A stretch of DNA of 64,000 bases from an uncultured Enterobacteriaceae bacterium (GCA_964524005.1 CAZGBK010000005.1:5615-69614); one strand, 5' to 3'; counted from the stretch's first letter, positions 12,461 through 25,239 are shown. Numbers and translations are program-made. Notes: a model not told the origin generated them from the sequence alone.

Positions 12461-13855
12461 ATGGACGCCAAGCTGCTCGTCAATGCCGCCTACTTCATCG
12501 TCGCGGTCGTCTTTATCCTGGGCCTGAAGGCCATGAGCTCGCCGGTCACGGCGCGCAAAGGCGTGGTCTGGGCCGGTTATGCGATGGTCGCCGCCACCCT
12601 GGTGACCTTTGCCTGGCCCGGCCCCGACGGGGGGCTGATGAACAACATCCCGCTGATGGTCGTCGCCATCGCCATCGGCGGTGTTGCCGCCTGGTGGTCG
12701 GGCAAGAAGGTCGCCATGACCGACATGCCGCAGATGGTCGCCATCTACAACGGCATGGGCGGTGGCGCCGCAGCGGCGATCGCTGCGCTCGAATTCGCCC
12801 GTGGTGAGCCGCATGGCGAGCTCGTCACTGCACTGGCGGTGCTCGGGTCGTTGATCGGTGCGGTAGCGTTCTCGGGCTCGTGTATCGCCTTTGCCAAGCT
12901 GCAGGGCATCATGAACAAGACTTGGCGGCTGCCCGCGCAGAACGCTGTCAATGTGGCACTGGCTCTGTTGGCTGTTGTACTCGGCACGTGGATCGTCGCC
13001 AACCCGCAAGACATCGACGCACTGATCGCCTTCTACGTTCTGGCGCTGTTCCTTGGAGTGATCCTGACGACGCCGATCGGTGGTGCCGACATGCCGGTGG
13101 TGATCTCGCTGCTCAACGCCTTCACCGGCCTGGCAGTGGGGTTCGAGGGCTTCGTGCTCGGCAACCCGGCACTGATCGTGGCCGGTATCGTCGTCGGTGC
13201 TTCAGGCACTCTGCTCACCCAGCTGATGGCCAAGGCGATGAACCGTCCGATCGCCAACATCATCTTCACGCCGATGACCGGCGAGGCCTCGGGCGGCGGT
13301 GAAGCCGTGACCGGCACCATGAAGGAGACCTCCGCGCTGGATGCCGCGTCGATGATGCGCTTCGGCAGCAAGGTGATCGTCATCCCGGGCTATGGCATGG
13401 CCGTGGCTGGCGCTCAGCACAAGGTCTGGGAGATGGCGCAGCTGCTCGAAGAAGCCGGTGTCGAGTGCGTGTTCGCCATCCACCCGGTGGCAGGCCGGAT
13501 GCCGGGCCACATGAACGTGCTGTTGGCCGAGGCCGGTGTGCCCTACGAGAAGATCCTCGACCTCGACGAGATCAATGCCGACTTCCCGCAGGCCGACGTC
13601 GCCCTGGTGATTGGCGCCAACGACGTGGTCAACCCGGTGGCGCGGACCGACAAGTCGAGCCCGATCTACGGTATGCCGATCCTCGATGCCGACCGCGCGC
13701 AGAACTGCATCGTCATCAAGCGCGGCAAGGGTGCCGGGTACTCGGGTATCGAGAACGCGCTGTTCTACTCCGACAACTGCCGCATGCTGTACGGCAGTGC
13801 ACAGCAGGCGATCGCTGACATCATTCATCACATCAAAACGATGGAAGAAGCGTAG
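12461..13855 (+). CDS. pntB: NAD(P) transhydrogenase subunit beta
   Basis: IGGADMPVVISLLN, IHPVAGRMPGHMNVLLAEA, GANDVVNP. Confidence 0.96.
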   Translation: MDAKLLVNAAYFIVAVVFILGLKAMSSPVTARKGVVWAGYAMVAATLVTFAWPGPDGGLMNNIPLMVVAIAIGGVAAWWSGKKVAMTDMPQMVAIYNGMGGGAAAAIAALEFARGEPHGELVTALAVLGSLIGAVAFSGSCIAFAKLQGIMNKTWRLPAQNAVNVALALLAVVLGTWIVANPQDIDALIAFYVLALFLGVILTTPIGGADMPVVISLLNAFTGLAVGFEGFVLGNPALIVAGIVVGASGTLLTQLMAKAMNRPIANIIFTPMTGEASGGGEAVTGTMKETSALDAASMMRFGSKVIVIPGYGMAVAGAQHKVWEMAQLLEEAGVECVFAIHPVAGRMPGHMNVLLAEAGVPYEKILDLDEINADFPQADVALVIGANDVVNPVARTDKSSPIYGMPILDADRAQNCIVIKRGKGAGYSGIENALFYSDNCRMLYGSAQQAIADIIHHIKTMEEA

Positions 13856-13874
13856 GGCCTCGCGCCCAGCCAGC

Positions 13875-13903
13875 AAAAGACCCGGCCTAGGCCGGGTTTT
13901 TTT
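13875..13903 (+). terminator. Intrinsic terminator after pntB
   Basis: AAAAGACCCGGCC-TA-GGCCGGGTTTTTTT. Confidence 0.85.
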
Positions 13904-13965
13904 CGATTTGCCACCCGGCATCGATCGACTGCGTCGATCAGGCAAACCGGCTCGAGTGTCATTTG

Positions 13966-14002
13966 ATCGACTGCTCCTATCAATCTTGATCTCACAATCG
14001 AT
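13966..14002 (+). promoter_or_regulatory. OxyR-like binding site upstream of dps
   Basis: ATCG-N7-CTAT-N7-GATC-N7-CGAT versus consensus ATAG-N7-CTAT-N7-ATAG-N7-CTAT; dps is a classic OxyR target. Confidence 0.6.
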
Positions 14003-14108
14003 TGGACACCTACCGACCAAGCCGGAACAATGGGTCTACCGACCGTGACTGACGGCGGCGATACCCACTGCATCAGACCATTGATCACGACTGACAAGGA
14101 GCATCCTC

Positions 14109-14576
14109 ATGGAACCCGATATCGGAATCCGCAGTGAAGACCGCAAAGCGATCGCCGACGGCCTCTCGCGCTTGCTCGCCGACTCGTACGGCTTGTATCT
14201 GAAGACGCACGGTTTCCACTGGAATGTGACTGGGCCGATGTTCCAGACCCTGCATACCATGTTCATGGACCAGTACACCGAACTGTGGAACGCGCTCGAC
14301 CCGATCGCTGAACGCATCCGCGCCCTTGGTCATATGGCGCCGGCGAGTTACTCGGCCTACGCCAAGCTGTCGTCGATACCGGAAGAGACCGGCGCGCCCT
14401 CGGCCCAGGACATGATCCAGCAGCTGATCGCTGGTCAGGAGGCGGTGGTGCGCACCGCTCGGAGCCTGTTCCCGCTGGTGGACGCCGCCGCCGACGAGCC
14501 CACGGCCGATCTGCTGACCCAACGCATGCAGATCCACGAGAAGAATGCGTGGATGCTGCGTAGTCTGCTGGCGTAG
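14109..14576 (+). CDS. dps: Dps DNA starvation/stationary phase protection protein
   Basis: [40 protein letters not shown]; AAGGAG RBS. Confidence 0.96.
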   Translation: MEPDIGIRSEDRKAIADGLSRLLADSYGLYLKTHGFHWNVTGPMFQTLHTMFMDQYTELWNALDPIAERIRALGHMAPASYSAYAKLSSIPEETGAPSAQDMIQQLIAGQEAVVRTARSLFPLVDAAADEPTADLLTQRMQIHEKNAWMLRSLLA

Positions 14577-14677
14577 CCGGCACTCGACCTACGCCGGCGC
14601 CGGCCGGCCTGCCCGGGATCCTGTCCTGGTGGGCCGGGAACAGAGACGCCCCGCAACGCGCGGGGCGTATGAGCAAC

Positions 14678-14704
14678 AAAAAAGCCACCCGCAGGTGGCT
14701 TTTT
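14678..14704. terminator. Bidirectional intrinsic terminator between dps and pqqA
   Basis: AAAAAAGCCACC-CGCA-GGTGGCTTTTT, with A/T tracts on both sides. Confidence 0.85.
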
Positions 14705-14723
14705 CGATGACAGCGCGGCTCGC

Positions 14724-14795
14724 TTAGCGGGCGGCGATGTACATGGTGACTTCGAAACCGAAACGCAGGTCAGCAGCAGCGGGCTTGGTCCACAT
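14724..14795 (-). CDS. pqqA: Pyrroloquinoline quinone precursor peptide PqqA (23 aa, absent from ORF track)
   Basis: Translates MWTKPAAADLRFGFEVTMYIAAR-stop with the E-x-x-x-Y core (EVTMY); AAGGAG RBS at 14803-14808; terminator downstream. Confidence 0.93.
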   Translation of the reverse strand: MWTKPAAADLRFGFEVTMYIAAR

Positions 14796-14987
14796 GGCGA
14801 AACTCCTTCAGTAAGGTTGGTTTGACTACAGGACGAACTCTAGCCCCCCACCGCCCGCCCAGCACGCACGGATCGCGCAAAGGCCTCTACGTAAAATCAT
14901 GAGTGCGCGTTCACAGCGCAATGCTGAGGTCGATCAAACACGGCGACCGTAGGGCAGATCAGCCCCGTGGCAGTCCGCTGTAGCGGC

Positions 14988-16820
<1,833 letters not shown>

Positions 16821-16919
16821 GAAAGGCCTTGATTCGACGGGCGTAGAAGGGCGCGGATGGTAGCACGGGACGGTTGCGCTGTCGCAGTGCACAAAACACC
16901 CCTGCTATGCTGCATGGCC

Positions 16920-17768
16920 ATGCGACCGATCGATCTGCACTGTCACTCCACCGTTTCCGACGGCATGCTTGCGCCCGCCGAGCTGGTTGCGCGCGCCGCG
17001 GCCAACGGCTGCCGCTGTCTCGCACTGACCGACCACGACGACCTCGACGGCCTGGCGACGGCCGCTGAACAGGCGCGCGCACTGGGCATCGAGTTTGTCG
17101 CTGGCGTGGAGGTGTCGGTGAGCTGGCAAGACACCACCCTGCACATCGTCGGGCTTGGCATCGACCCGACCGACGCTGCCCTGCAACAAGGCCTGCAGCA
17201 GGTGCGCAGCGGCCGCGCCGAGCGCGCCGAGCAGATGGCCGCCGGCCTGGCACGCGCCGGCATCGCCGGTGCGCTCCAGGGCGCCTACCGCTACGCCAGC
17301 AACCCGGCACTGATCAGCCGGGCGCACTTTGCCCGCTACATCGTCGAGCAAGGTCGCGCCCGCAACACCAGCGCCGTGTTCAAGCGCTTCCTGGTGAAGG
17401 GCAAGCCAGGCTACGTCAAGCACCAGTGGGCGAGCCTGGGCGAGGCGATCGAGTGGATCCGCGGCGCCGGCGGGCTGGCGGTCGTCGCCCATCCTGGCCG
17501 CTACCGCATCAGCGCGGCGCAGATGCAAGACCTGGTGCGCGAGTTCCGGGAGCTCGGCGGGGCTGCTATCGAGGTCATCACCGGCAGTCACAGCACAGAC
17601 GACTACAAGCGCTTCGATGCCATCACCCACGACGCCGGGCTGCTCGCATCGGTCGGCTCCGACTTTCACGGGCCAGAGGAGTCGTGGCTCGATGTCGGCG
17701 GCGTGCCCGAGCTGCCACTTGCCGCCACGCCGGTCTGGGAGGCGCTCGGCCTGCCCGTCGCCGCCTAG
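16920..17768 (+). CDS. PHP-domain phosphoesterase (TrpH/YciV-like)
   Basis: [28 protein letters not shown]; sits before yciO. Confidence 0.9.
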   Translation: MRPIDLHCHSTVSDGMLAPAELVARAAANGCRCLALTDHDDLDGLATAAEQARALGIEFVAGVEVSVSWQDTTLHIVGLGIDPTDAALQQGLQQVRSGRAERAEQMAAGLARAGIAGALQGAYRYASNPALISRAHFARYIVEQGRARNTSAVFKRFLVKGKPGYVKHQWASLGEAIEWIRGAGGLAVVAHPGRYRISAAQMQDLVREFRELGGAAIEVITGSHSTDDYKRFDAITHDAGLLASVGSDFHGPEESWLDVGGVPELPLAATPVWEALGLPVAA

Positions 17769-17778
17769 GCCAGCGCGG

Positions 17779-18408
17779 ATGGCCCGTCACCTCAGCGTCC
17801 ACCCGGACGACCCGCAAACCCGCCTGCTGCAACAAGCAGCGGCGATCATCCGTGAAGGCGGTGTCGTCGCTTATCCCACCGACAGCTGCTATGCACTGGG
17901 CTGCCATCTGGGCGACAAAGCCGCTGCCGATCGCATCCGCCGTATCCGTGGTCTGGATGAGGACCGCTGGATGACCCTGATCTGTCGCGACCTCTCCGAG
18001 ATCGCCCGCTACGCCAAGGTCGACAACACCCAGTACCGTCTGCTGAAGGCCTGCACGCCCGGCCCCTACACCTTCATTCTCCAGGCCAGCCGCGAGGTGC
18101 CGCGCCGGCTGATGTGTCCCAAACGCGCCCACATCGGGCTGCGCATCCCCGCGCATCCGGTGGTGCGCGGCCTGCTCGAGGCGCTGGGCGAGCCGCTGGT
18201 GTCGACCTCGCTGATCATGCCTGGCGAGACCGAACCACTGACCGCCGGCTGGGACATCGCCGATCGCCTCGAGCATCTGGTCGACGTCGTCATCGACGAT
18301 GGCAGCGACGCCGCCCACCTCACCACCGTGGTCGACCTCAGCGCCGGCGCGCCCGACCTGATCCGCGCTGGCAGTGGCCCGCTCGAGCCACTGGGACTGC
18401 CGGCTTAA
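17779..18408 (+). CDS. yciO: Sua5/YciO/YrdC family protein
   Basis: HPDDPQTRL, YPTDSCYALGC, PGPYTFIL, IGLRIP. Confidence 0.9.
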   Translation: MARHLSVHPDDPQTRLLQQAAAIIREGGVVAYPTDSCYALGCHLGDKAAADRIRRIRGLDEDRWMTLICRDLSEIARYAKVDNTQYRLLKACTPGPYTFILQASREVPRRLMCPKRAHIGLRIPAHPVVRGLLEALGEPLVSTSLIMPGETEPLTAGWDIADRLEHLVDVVIDDGSDAAHLTTVVDLSAGAPDLIRAGSGPLEPLGLPA

Positions 18409-18422
18409 GGCACAATCGGGGC

Positions 18423-19115
18423 ATGGAATCTTTCGACCAGCTGGTGCGGGCGGTGAGCATCTTCGCCATCCCGGTGCTGTTCGCCATCACCCTGCACGAG
18501 GCTGCGCACGGCTATGTCGCCCGTTACTTTGGCGACTACACCGCCGCCGCGCAGGGCCGCATCAGCCTGAACCCACTGCGCCACATCGACCCGATCGGCA
18601 CCATCCTCGTGCCCATCGGCCTGCTGGCGCTCAGCGGCGGCAATTTTCTGTTCGGCTGGGCCAAACCGGTGCCGGTCAATTTCAGCGCGCTGCGCCACCC
18701 CAAGCAGGACATGCTGTGGGTCGCCGCCGCCGGGCCCGGCTCGAACCTGCTGCAGGCGCTCATCTGGGGCGTGGTCTTGCGCGTCGCCATGTTGCTCGAT
18801 GGCAACGCCCTGCAAGAGCCGATGCTGCTGATGGCTGCCGCCGGCATCGTCGTCAATCTGGTGCTCATGGTGCTCAACCTGCTACCGCTGCCGCCGCTCG
18901 ATGGCGGGCGCATCCTGGTCAGCCTGCTGCCCGACCGCCAGGCCCTGCAGGTGGCACGCGTCGAGCCATTTGGCCTGCTCATCCTGATCGTGCTGCTGGT
19001 CACCGGCCTGCTCGGCGCCCTGCTGTGGCCCCTCATCGCTGGTTCGGCCAGCGTGGTCGGCGGCCTGTTCGGCGTTTCGCTGCAGCAACTGTTCGGGCTG
19101 CTCTCGGCGATCTAA
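18423..19115 (+). CDS. Site-2 protease (M50) family
   Basis: HEAAH, AAGPGSN, NLLPLPPLDGG. Confidence 0.92.
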   Translation: MESFDQLVRAVSIFAIPVLFAITLHEAAHGYVARYFGDYTAAAQGRISLNPLRHIDPIGTILVPIGLLALSGGNFLFGWAKPVPVNFSALRHPKQDMLWVAAAGPGSNLLQALIWGVVLRVAMLLDGNALQEPMLLMAAAGIVVNLVLMVLNLLPLPPLDGGRILVSLLPDRQALQVARVEPFGLLILIVLLVTGLLGALLWPLIAGSASVVGGLFGVSLQQLFGLLSAI

Positions 19116-19152
19116 GCCCCCTTTCCAACCCCAACCTGCTTCGGAGCCACTC

Positions 19153-20355
19153 ATGTTCGTCGACCGCGTCCTTTCCGGCATGCGCCCCACCGGGATGCTG
19201 CACCTGGGCCACTACCAGGGCGTGCTGAAGAACTGGGTACGGCTACAGCACGAGCACGAATGCCTGTTCTTCGTTGCCGACTGGCACGCGCTGACCACCC
19301 ACTATGACGACGTGGCGGTGATCGAGCAGAACGTCTGGGACATGGTGATCGACTGGATCGCCGCTGGCGTCGACCCGGGCAAGGCCGCGCTGTTCATCCA
19401 GAGCCAGGTGCCCGAGCACGCCGAACTCCACCTGTTGCTGTCGATGATGACGCCGTTGGGCTGGCTGGAACGCGTCCCGACCTACAAAGACCAGCAGGAG
19501 AAACTCAGCGAAAAGGACCTCTCGACCTATGGTTTTCTGGGCTACCCGCTGCTGCAGAGCGCAGACATCCTGATCTACCGCGCCAACCACGTGCCAGTGG
19601 GCGAGGACCAGGTGCCGCACATCGAATTCACCCGCGAGATCGCGCGCCGCTTCAACCACCTCTACGGCCGCGAGCCGGGCTTCGAGGAGAAGGCCGAGGC
19701 GGCGATCAAGAAGCTCGGCAGCAAGAAGGCCAAGCTCTACGAAGAGCTGCGCGACAAGTACCAGGAACAGGGCGACGAGGCGGCACTCGAGGCCGCGCGC
19801 GCGCTGGTGCAAGAGAGCCAGAACATCGCACTGGGCGACCGCGAACGGCTGTTCGGCTTTCTCGAGGGCGGCGGCAAGGTGATCTTGCCGGAACCCCAGG
19901 CCCTGCTCACCGAAGCGTCGAAGATGCCCGGGCTGGATGGCAACAAGATGAGCAAGAGCTACAACAACACCATTGCCATGCGCGATGACGCCGACACGGT
20001 GACGAAGAAGATCCGCACCATGCCGACCGACCCGGCGCGGGTGCGACGCACCGACCCGGGCGACCCGGCCAAGTGCCCGGTGTGGCAGTTCCATGTGGTG
20101 TATTCGGACGACGGCACACGGCAGTGGGTGACCGAAGGCTGCAAGAGTGCCGGCATCGGCTGCCTGGAATGCAAGCAGCCCATCATCGACGCGGTCCTGG
20201 CTGAACAGGGCCCGATGCGCGAACGTGCCCAGCCGTACCTGGAGGATCCGACGCTGGTCCGCAACATCGTCGCCGACGGCTGCGAGAAGGCCCGCGACCT
20301 CGCCCGCGAGACCATGCGCGATGTGCGCGAGGCGATGGGCTTGGGCTACAGCTGA
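19153..20355 (+). CDS. trpS: Tryptophan--tRNA ligase
   Basis: SGMRPTGMLHLGHY, YPLLQSADIL, VPVGEDQ, KMSKS. Confidence 0.97.
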   Translation: MFVDRVLSGMRPTGMLHLGHYQGVLKNWVRLQHEHECLFFVADWHALTTHYDDVAVIEQNVWDMVIDWIAAGVDPGKAALFIQSQVPEHAELHLLLSMMTPLGWLERVPTYKDQQEKLSEKDLSTYGFLGYPLLQSADILIYRANHVPVGEDQVPHIEFTREIARRFNHLYGREPGFEEKAEAAIKKLGSKKAKLYEELRDKYQEQGDEAALEAARALVQESQNIALGDRERLFGFLEGGGKVILPEPQALLTEASKMPGLDGNKMSKSYNNTIAMRDDADTVTKKIRTMPTDPARVRRTDPGDPAKCPVWQFHVVYSDDGTRQWVTEGCKSAGIGCLECKQPIIDAVLAEQGPMRERAQPYLEDPTLVRNIVADGCEKARDLARETMRDVREAMGLGYS

Positions 20356-20365
20356 GGCCAGCTGG

Positions 20366-21634
20366 CTAGAGCGCTGCTGTCCGTTCCGGCCGCCGGCGCC
20401 AGACCCACCACGCCACCGGCAGGTTGAGCAGCGCTGCCAGTGCGAGCAACTGGCCCACCGTGCCACCCACCGCGAACACCAGCATCCCCGTCAGCGCCGC
20501 CAGCACCATGGCGGCCGAGTTGACGATGTTGTTCGCGGCGATCGCCTGACCACGCCGCTGCTCCGGCGCCAACCGCTGCACCGCGGTGTACAGCGGCACA
20601 CAGTAGGCGCCACCAGCCGCCGCCAAGCCAAACAGGCAGACGCCGATACCAAACGTCAGCGGGTCGCTCCAGAACGCCACCGGGCCGCGCAATGGCAGGC
20701 CTTCGGGCACCATCGCCGCCAGCCAGACCAGTACGCCGGTCAACAGCCCCATATCGAGCGCTGCGGCAGCAACCACGGGCGCTTGTGGGTCCCGCTTGAG
20801 CACCGCCGCCGCCAACCACGAGCCGACACCGACACCACAGGTGAACACTGCCAGCAAGCTACTGACCACCGCCGCGTCGCCAGCCAGCTGTTCGCGCACC
20901 AGCAGTGGCAATTGCGTCAGCACCGTTGCGCCGAACGCCCAGAACCACGAGATCCCCAGGAGCGGCCGCCACAGCGCCTGACCGCGCGCCCAGCCCAGCA
21001 CTGTGCAGGTCGCTCGCAACAACTGCAGGTCGACGGCCGGGCTGCTGACCGCGGACGGTGCCGGAGGCATCAGGTGCACCACCACGACGCCGGCCAGCGC
21101 GACCACAAGCACCAGAGCAGCCACCAGCTCGACCCCTTGTCCAGCTGCGATCAGCAGACCGGCCACCAGTGTGCCGAGCAAGATGGCAAAGAAGGTGCCG
21201 GCCTCGATCCAGGCATTGCCGGCCAACAACTCGTCCGGACGCAAGTGTTGCGGCAGTACGCCATACTTCACCGGCCCGAACAGCGCCGACTGCGCGCCCA
21301 GCAGGGCGAGCGCCAGCAGGGCCAGCGCCAGGCTGCCGCCCAGCAGAGCCACCGCGCCACAGCCGGCGATGAACACTTCCAGCCACTTGGCGACCCGCGC
21401 TACGCGGGTCTTGTCGGTACTGTCGACCCACTGCCCGGCGCTGGCCGAGAGCAGAAAAAAGGGCAGGATGAAGACCGCGGCCGCCAGATTCACCACCAGC
21501 CCGGATGCTGTCACCGCACCAAAGCCCTGGAACAACACCAGCAGCACCAGCGCGTTCTTGTAGAGGTTGTCGTTGAAGGCACCCAAGAACTGCGTGACGA
21601 ACAGCGGCGCGAAACGACGGGAGCGAAGCAGCAT
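20366..21634 (-). CDS. MFS transporter (LplT/Aas-type)
   Basis: RFAPLFVTQFLGAFNDNLYKNA, FGPVKYGVLP, IAANNIVNS; about 12 hydrophobic segments. Confidence 0.85.
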   Translation of the reverse strand: MLLRSRRFAPLFVTQFLGAFNDNLYKNALVLLVLFQGFGAVTASGLVVNLAAAVFILPFFLLSASAGQWVDSTDKTRVARVAKWLEVFIAGCGAVALLGGSLALALLALALLGAQSALFGPVKYGVLPQHLRPDELLAGNAWIEAGTFFAILLGTLVAGLLIAAGQGVELVAALVLVVALAGVVVVHLMPPAPSAVSSPAVDLQLLRATCTVLGWARGQALWRPLLGISWFWAFGATVLTQLPLLVREQLAGDAAVVSSLLAVFTCGVGVGSWLAAAVLKRDPQAPVVAAAALDMGLLTGVLVWLAAMVPEGLPLRGPVAFWSDPLTFGIGVCLFGLAAAGGAYCVPLYTAVQRLAPEQRRGQAIAANNIVNSAAMVLAALTGMLVFAVGGTVGQLLALAALLNLPVAWWVWRRRPERTAAL

Positions 21635-21741
21635 GACGGCTAAAGGAGAGATGGCGACGAAATGGAAAAGGCTTGGCCATGCTGCCGCGCCTGCCGGCGA
21701 CGGGCAAGCAGGCCGGCGCTGTTACACTGCCCATGCACCCG

Positions 21742-22563
21742 ATGAACACCGAAACCCTAGATCTCGCCGACGCAGCCGCCGCCCCGCTCGCCCGCCTGTA
21801 CGGCGAACCGGTGGTGAACTTGCCACGCGACCTGTTCATCCCGCCCGAGGCGCTGGAAGTGGTGCTGCAGGCTTTCGAGGGGCCGCTCGACCTACTGCTC
21901 TACCTGATCCGCAAGCAGAACCTCGACATCCTAGACATCCCCATGGCGGACCTCACCCGCCAATACATCGCCTACATCGAGGCCCTGCAAGCAAGCCGGC
22001 TAGAGCTCGCCGCAGACTACCTGCTGATGGCGGCGATGCTGGTCGATATCAAGTCGCGCATGCTGCTGCCGCGTCCGCCAACGCTGGCCGATACCGACGA
22101 GCCGGAAGACCCGCGCGCCGAACTGGTGCGGCGCCTACTCGAATACGAGCAGATCAAGGCCGCCGCCCAACGTATTGACGCCCTGCCGCAGGCCGGTCGC
22201 GACTTCAGCTGGGTGCAGGCGGCGTTCGAGCCCAGCGCACCGCCGCTGCCCACGGTCAGCACCGCCGAGCTGATGGACGCCTGGCGCAGCATCCTGACGC
22301 GAGCGCGGGCCAACGCCCACCACCGCATCAGCCGCGAGACGCTATCAGTGCGCGAACACATGAGCCGCATCCTGAAGACCTTGCGCAGCGGCGGCCTGCA
22401 CCGCTTCACCGAGTTGTTCGATGTCGATGGCGGTGTGCCACACTTGGTGGTGACCTTTCTGGCGATCCTTGAACTGGTGCGCGAGGGCTTGGCCCAGCTG
22501 ACACAGACCGAGCCGTTCGCGGCGATCTACGTCACCTTGCCCGAGACCGGGTCGGCCACATGA
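21742..22563 (+). CDS. scpA: Segregation and condensation protein A
   Basis: [37 protein letters not shown]. Confidence 0.95.
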   Translation: MNTETLDLADAAAAPLARLYGEPVVNLPRDLFIPPEALEVVLQAFEGPLDLLLYLIRKQNLDILDIPMADLTRQYIAYIEALQASRLELAADYLLMAAMLVDIKSRMLLPRPPTLADTDEPEDPRAELVRRLLEYEQIKAAAQRIDALPQAGRDFSWVQAAFEPSAPPLPTVSTAELMDAWRSILTRARANAHHRISRETLSVREHMSRILKTLRSGGLHRFTELFDVDGGVPHLVVTFLAILELVREGLAQLTQTEPFAAIYVTLPETGSAT

Positions 22564-23189
22564 ACGCGCCGTCCCGTGACCACGACCTGAGCCCGGAGGC
22601 CGCGCGGCGCGTGCTCGAAGCGGCGCTGCTCACCGCGAGCGAGCCGCTGCCGCTCGACGCCCTGCGCGCCCTGTTCGACGGTAGCTTGTCGGCCGACACC
22701 CTGCGTCGCCTGCTCGACGACTTGCGCGAGGCCTGGACCGATCGGCCGATCGAGTTGGTGCAGCTGGCCGGTGGTTGGCGCTTCCGGGCGCGAGGGGAAC
22801 TACAGCCCTGGCTCGACCGCCTGAAGCCCGAGCGAGCGCCCCGCTTCTCGCGGGCTGTGTTGGAAACACTGGCCATCGTCGCCTACCGGCAGCCGGTGAC
22901 ACGCGGCGACATCGAACAGATCCGCGGCGTGGCGGTCGCCACCCCGGTGATCCGCACCCTCGAGGCGCGCGGCTGGATCGAGACCATCGGCCACCGTGAT
23001 GTCCCCGGCCGGCCGGCGTTGTTCGCCACCACCCGGCAGTTTCTCGACGACCTCGGGCTGCGCAGCCTGAGCGAGCTGCCGCCGCTCACCGAGCTCGGCC
23101 AGACGCTCGTCATCGACCACGCAGGAGACCCTGGCGATGCGCCAGAACAAGCCTCACCGACGCCCGACGCGACCGGCCAGCGGCCCTAG
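22560..23189 (+). CDS. scpB: Segregation and condensation protein B
   Basis: [40 protein letters not shown]. Confidence 0.95.
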   Translation: MNAPSRDHDLSPEAARRVLEAALLTASEPLPLDALRALFDGSLSADTLRRLLDDLREAWTDRPIELVQLAGGWRFRARGELQPWLDRLKPERAPRFSRAVLETLAIVAYRQPVTRGDIEQIRGVAVATPVIRTLEARGWIETIGHRDVPGRPALFATTRQFLDDLGLRSLSELPPLTELGQTLVIDHAGDPGDAPEQASPTPDATGQRP

Positions 23190-24219
23190 GTCGGGAAAAC
23201 CGACACCGCCTCGCAGTCGACTGCAGCGCGAGCGCGTCGATTCGGCGGCGGCTGCCGGGCCCGATGCCAGCACCCTGGAAGCCGCTCATGGTGAGCCCCC
23301 AAGGGACACCGACGCTGCCGGAACAGCTGGCGAACGGGTGCAGAAGTTCCTGGCCGAACTCGGGGTCGGGTCGCGCCGCGACATGGAAGCGCGCATCGCT
23401 GCCGGCCAGGTGTCGGTCAACGGTGTCACCGCCGTGCTCGGCCAGCGTGTGCGACCCGGTGACGTCGTGCGTACCGGCGGCCGTGGCTACAAGGTGCCAG
23501 CCCCTGGCCGCTTGCCGCGCGTGCTGCTCTATCACAAGCCCGAGGGCGAGATCTCGACCCGCGACGATGCCCAGAGCCGGCCGACCGTGTTCGAGCGTCT
23601 GCCGCGCATCCGGGGCGGCAAGTGGGTCGCCGTCGGGCGGCTCGACATCAACAGCTGCGGCCTGATGATCCTGACCAGCTCGGGCGACTTGGCCAACCGG
23701 CTGATGCACCCGCGCTTCGAGGTCGAACGCGAATACGCCGTGCGTACCTTGGGCGAGCTCGACAGCCTGCAAGCCGGCCAGCTGTTGAAAGGCGTCGAAC
23801 TCGATGACGGTCCTGCGCGCTTCTCGACGCTGCTCGACGGCGGCGGCGAAGGCAGCAACCACTGGTACCGGGTCGTGATCGCCGAGGGCCGCAAGCGCGA
23901 AGTGCGACGCCTGTTCGAGGCGGTCGGCCTGACGGTGAGCCGGCTGATGCGGGTGCGCTTCGGCCCGGTGCACCTGCCACCACACCTCAAGCGCGGCGGG
24001 CTGCACGAGCTCACCGCTGACGAGGTCGCCAAACTGCTGCACTGGGCGGGGATGGCGGTCGAGGCCCCGCCGCCGGCGCAGAAACGCCCGGGGGCAGCGC
24101 GCAAGCCGCGTCAGGTGTTGCAGAACCTGCCGGCGGCACCAGCAGCGGGCAAAGCAAAAGCGCTCGCTGGCGTCAAACCTGGCCGGCCCGCTGCGCCGCG
24201 GCGAGGGCGCTCGCGCTAA
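23137..24219 (+). CDS. rluB: 23S rRNA pseudouridine synthase B
   Basis: S4 domain [19 protein letters not shown] catalytic motif, EGRKREVRR; follows scpAB. Confidence 0.88.
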   Translation: MRQNKPHRRPTRPASGPRSGKPTPPRSRLQRERVDSAAAAGPDASTLEAAHGEPPRDTDAAGTAGERVQKFLAELGVGSRRDMEARIAAGQVSVNGVTAVLGQRVRPGDVVRTGGRGYKVPAPGRLPRVLLYHKPEGEISTRDDAQSRPTVFERLPRIRGGKWVAVGRLDINSCGLMILTSSGDLANRLMHPRFEVEREYAVRTLGELDSLQAGQLLKGVELDDGPARFSTLLDGGGEGSNHWYRVVIAEGRKREVRRLFEAVGLTVSRLMRVRFGPVHLPPHLKRGGLHELTADEVAKLLHWAGMAVEAPPPAQKRPGAARKPRQVLQNLPAAPAAGKAKALAGVKPGRPAAPRRGRSR

Positions 24220-25132
24220 CCGCGAACACCACACCGTCGCCGGCTGGTGTCATCGGCCACAGCAGCGGGATGTCGGGCCACAGCGCCTCAACCGTCTCGC
24301 GCCGCTCACCGACCTCGACCAGCAGCCAGCCGCGCGACTGCAGGTGCGCGGAAGCGTCGCGCAGGATGCGCCGCACCAGATCCATGCCGTCGTCGCCGGC
24401 CGCCAGACCCAGCTCGGGCTCGTGGCGATATTCGGCCGGCAGCTCGGCCATTGCCAGCGCGTCGACATACGGCGGATTGCAGACGATCAGGTCGTAGCGA
24501 CGCCCGGCCACCGGCGCGAAGAGGTCACCCTGCAGCAGCTCGATACGCGTCTCCAGACCATGGTCGGCGACGTTCTCGGCGGCCAGCGCCAGGGCCTCGG
24601 GCGAAAGGTCGACGGCGTCGACCAGCGCGTCGGGGAAGGTATGCGCAGCGACGATCGCCAGGCAACCAGACCCGGTACACAGGTCAAGCACCTGCGCGAT
24701 GCGCGCCGAGTCCTCCAGCCAGGGACGGTCAAGGGTGGCCTCGAGCCGGTCGTAACCATCGTCGGCCAGCGGATCAGTGTCGAGCAGCGCGGCAATGAAC
24801 GAGCGCGGCACGAGCGCGCGGCGGTCACAGCGGAAGCGGTAAGGCCCCAGCCAAGCCTCACCAGTGAGGTAGGCCAGCGGCACACGCTCGGCGCAGCGCT
24901 GCTGCAGCAGATCCGCCAGGCGAGCGGCCTCGGCGGCAGTCAATCGCGCATCAAGAAACAGCTCGAGCCGCTCGTGCGGCAACTGTAGTGTGTGGCAAAC
25001 GAGATAGACCGCCTCGTCGAACGGCTCGACGAAACCGTGTCCGCAGGCGACGTCGGTCTCGTTCAGCCGGGTCAGTGCATAGCGCAGCCAGTCGCGGACG
25101 CTGCGCAGTTCGGGTGGGGCTGTGGTGCTCAT
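24173..25132 (-). CDS. prmB: Ribosomal protein L3 N5-glutamine methyltransferase
   Basis: VPLAYLTGEAW, LVPRSFIA, LDLCTGSGCLA, NPPY, YRHEP. Confidence 0.93.
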   Translation of the reverse strand: MSTTAPPELRSVRDWLRYALTRLNETDVACGHGFVEPFDEAVYLVCHTLQLPHERLELFLDARLTAAEAARLADLLQQRCAERVPLAYLTGEAWLGPYRFRCDRRALVPRSFIAALLDTDPLADDGYDRLEATLDRPWLEDSARIAQVLDLCTGSGCLAIVAAHTFPDALVDAVDLSPEALALAAENVADHGLETRIELLQGDLFAPVAGRRYDLIVCNPPYVDALAMAELPAEYRHEPELGLAAGDDGMDLVRRILRDASAHLQSRGWLLVEVGERRETVEALWPDIPLLWPMTPAGDGVVFAVSASALAAAQRAGQV

Positions 25133-25239
25133 CGGCGGAGACTCCTGATGCAGCATCGTGACATGCCTGCCGCGCACCCGGCAAACGCGGCAGGGACTAG
25201 AATCCGCGCTCGCCCACCGCCCCGAGCGCCCCATCCCCT

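Noticed and set aside
14577-14670. GC-rich hairpins after dps as REP or CRISPR-like repeats
   Set aside because: The hairpins differ from one another, no recurrence noticed in the window, no spacers or cas genes.
24173-24219. 47-bp convergent overlap of rluB and prmB
   Set aside because: Involves low-complexity C-terminal tails; common in GC-rich genomes.
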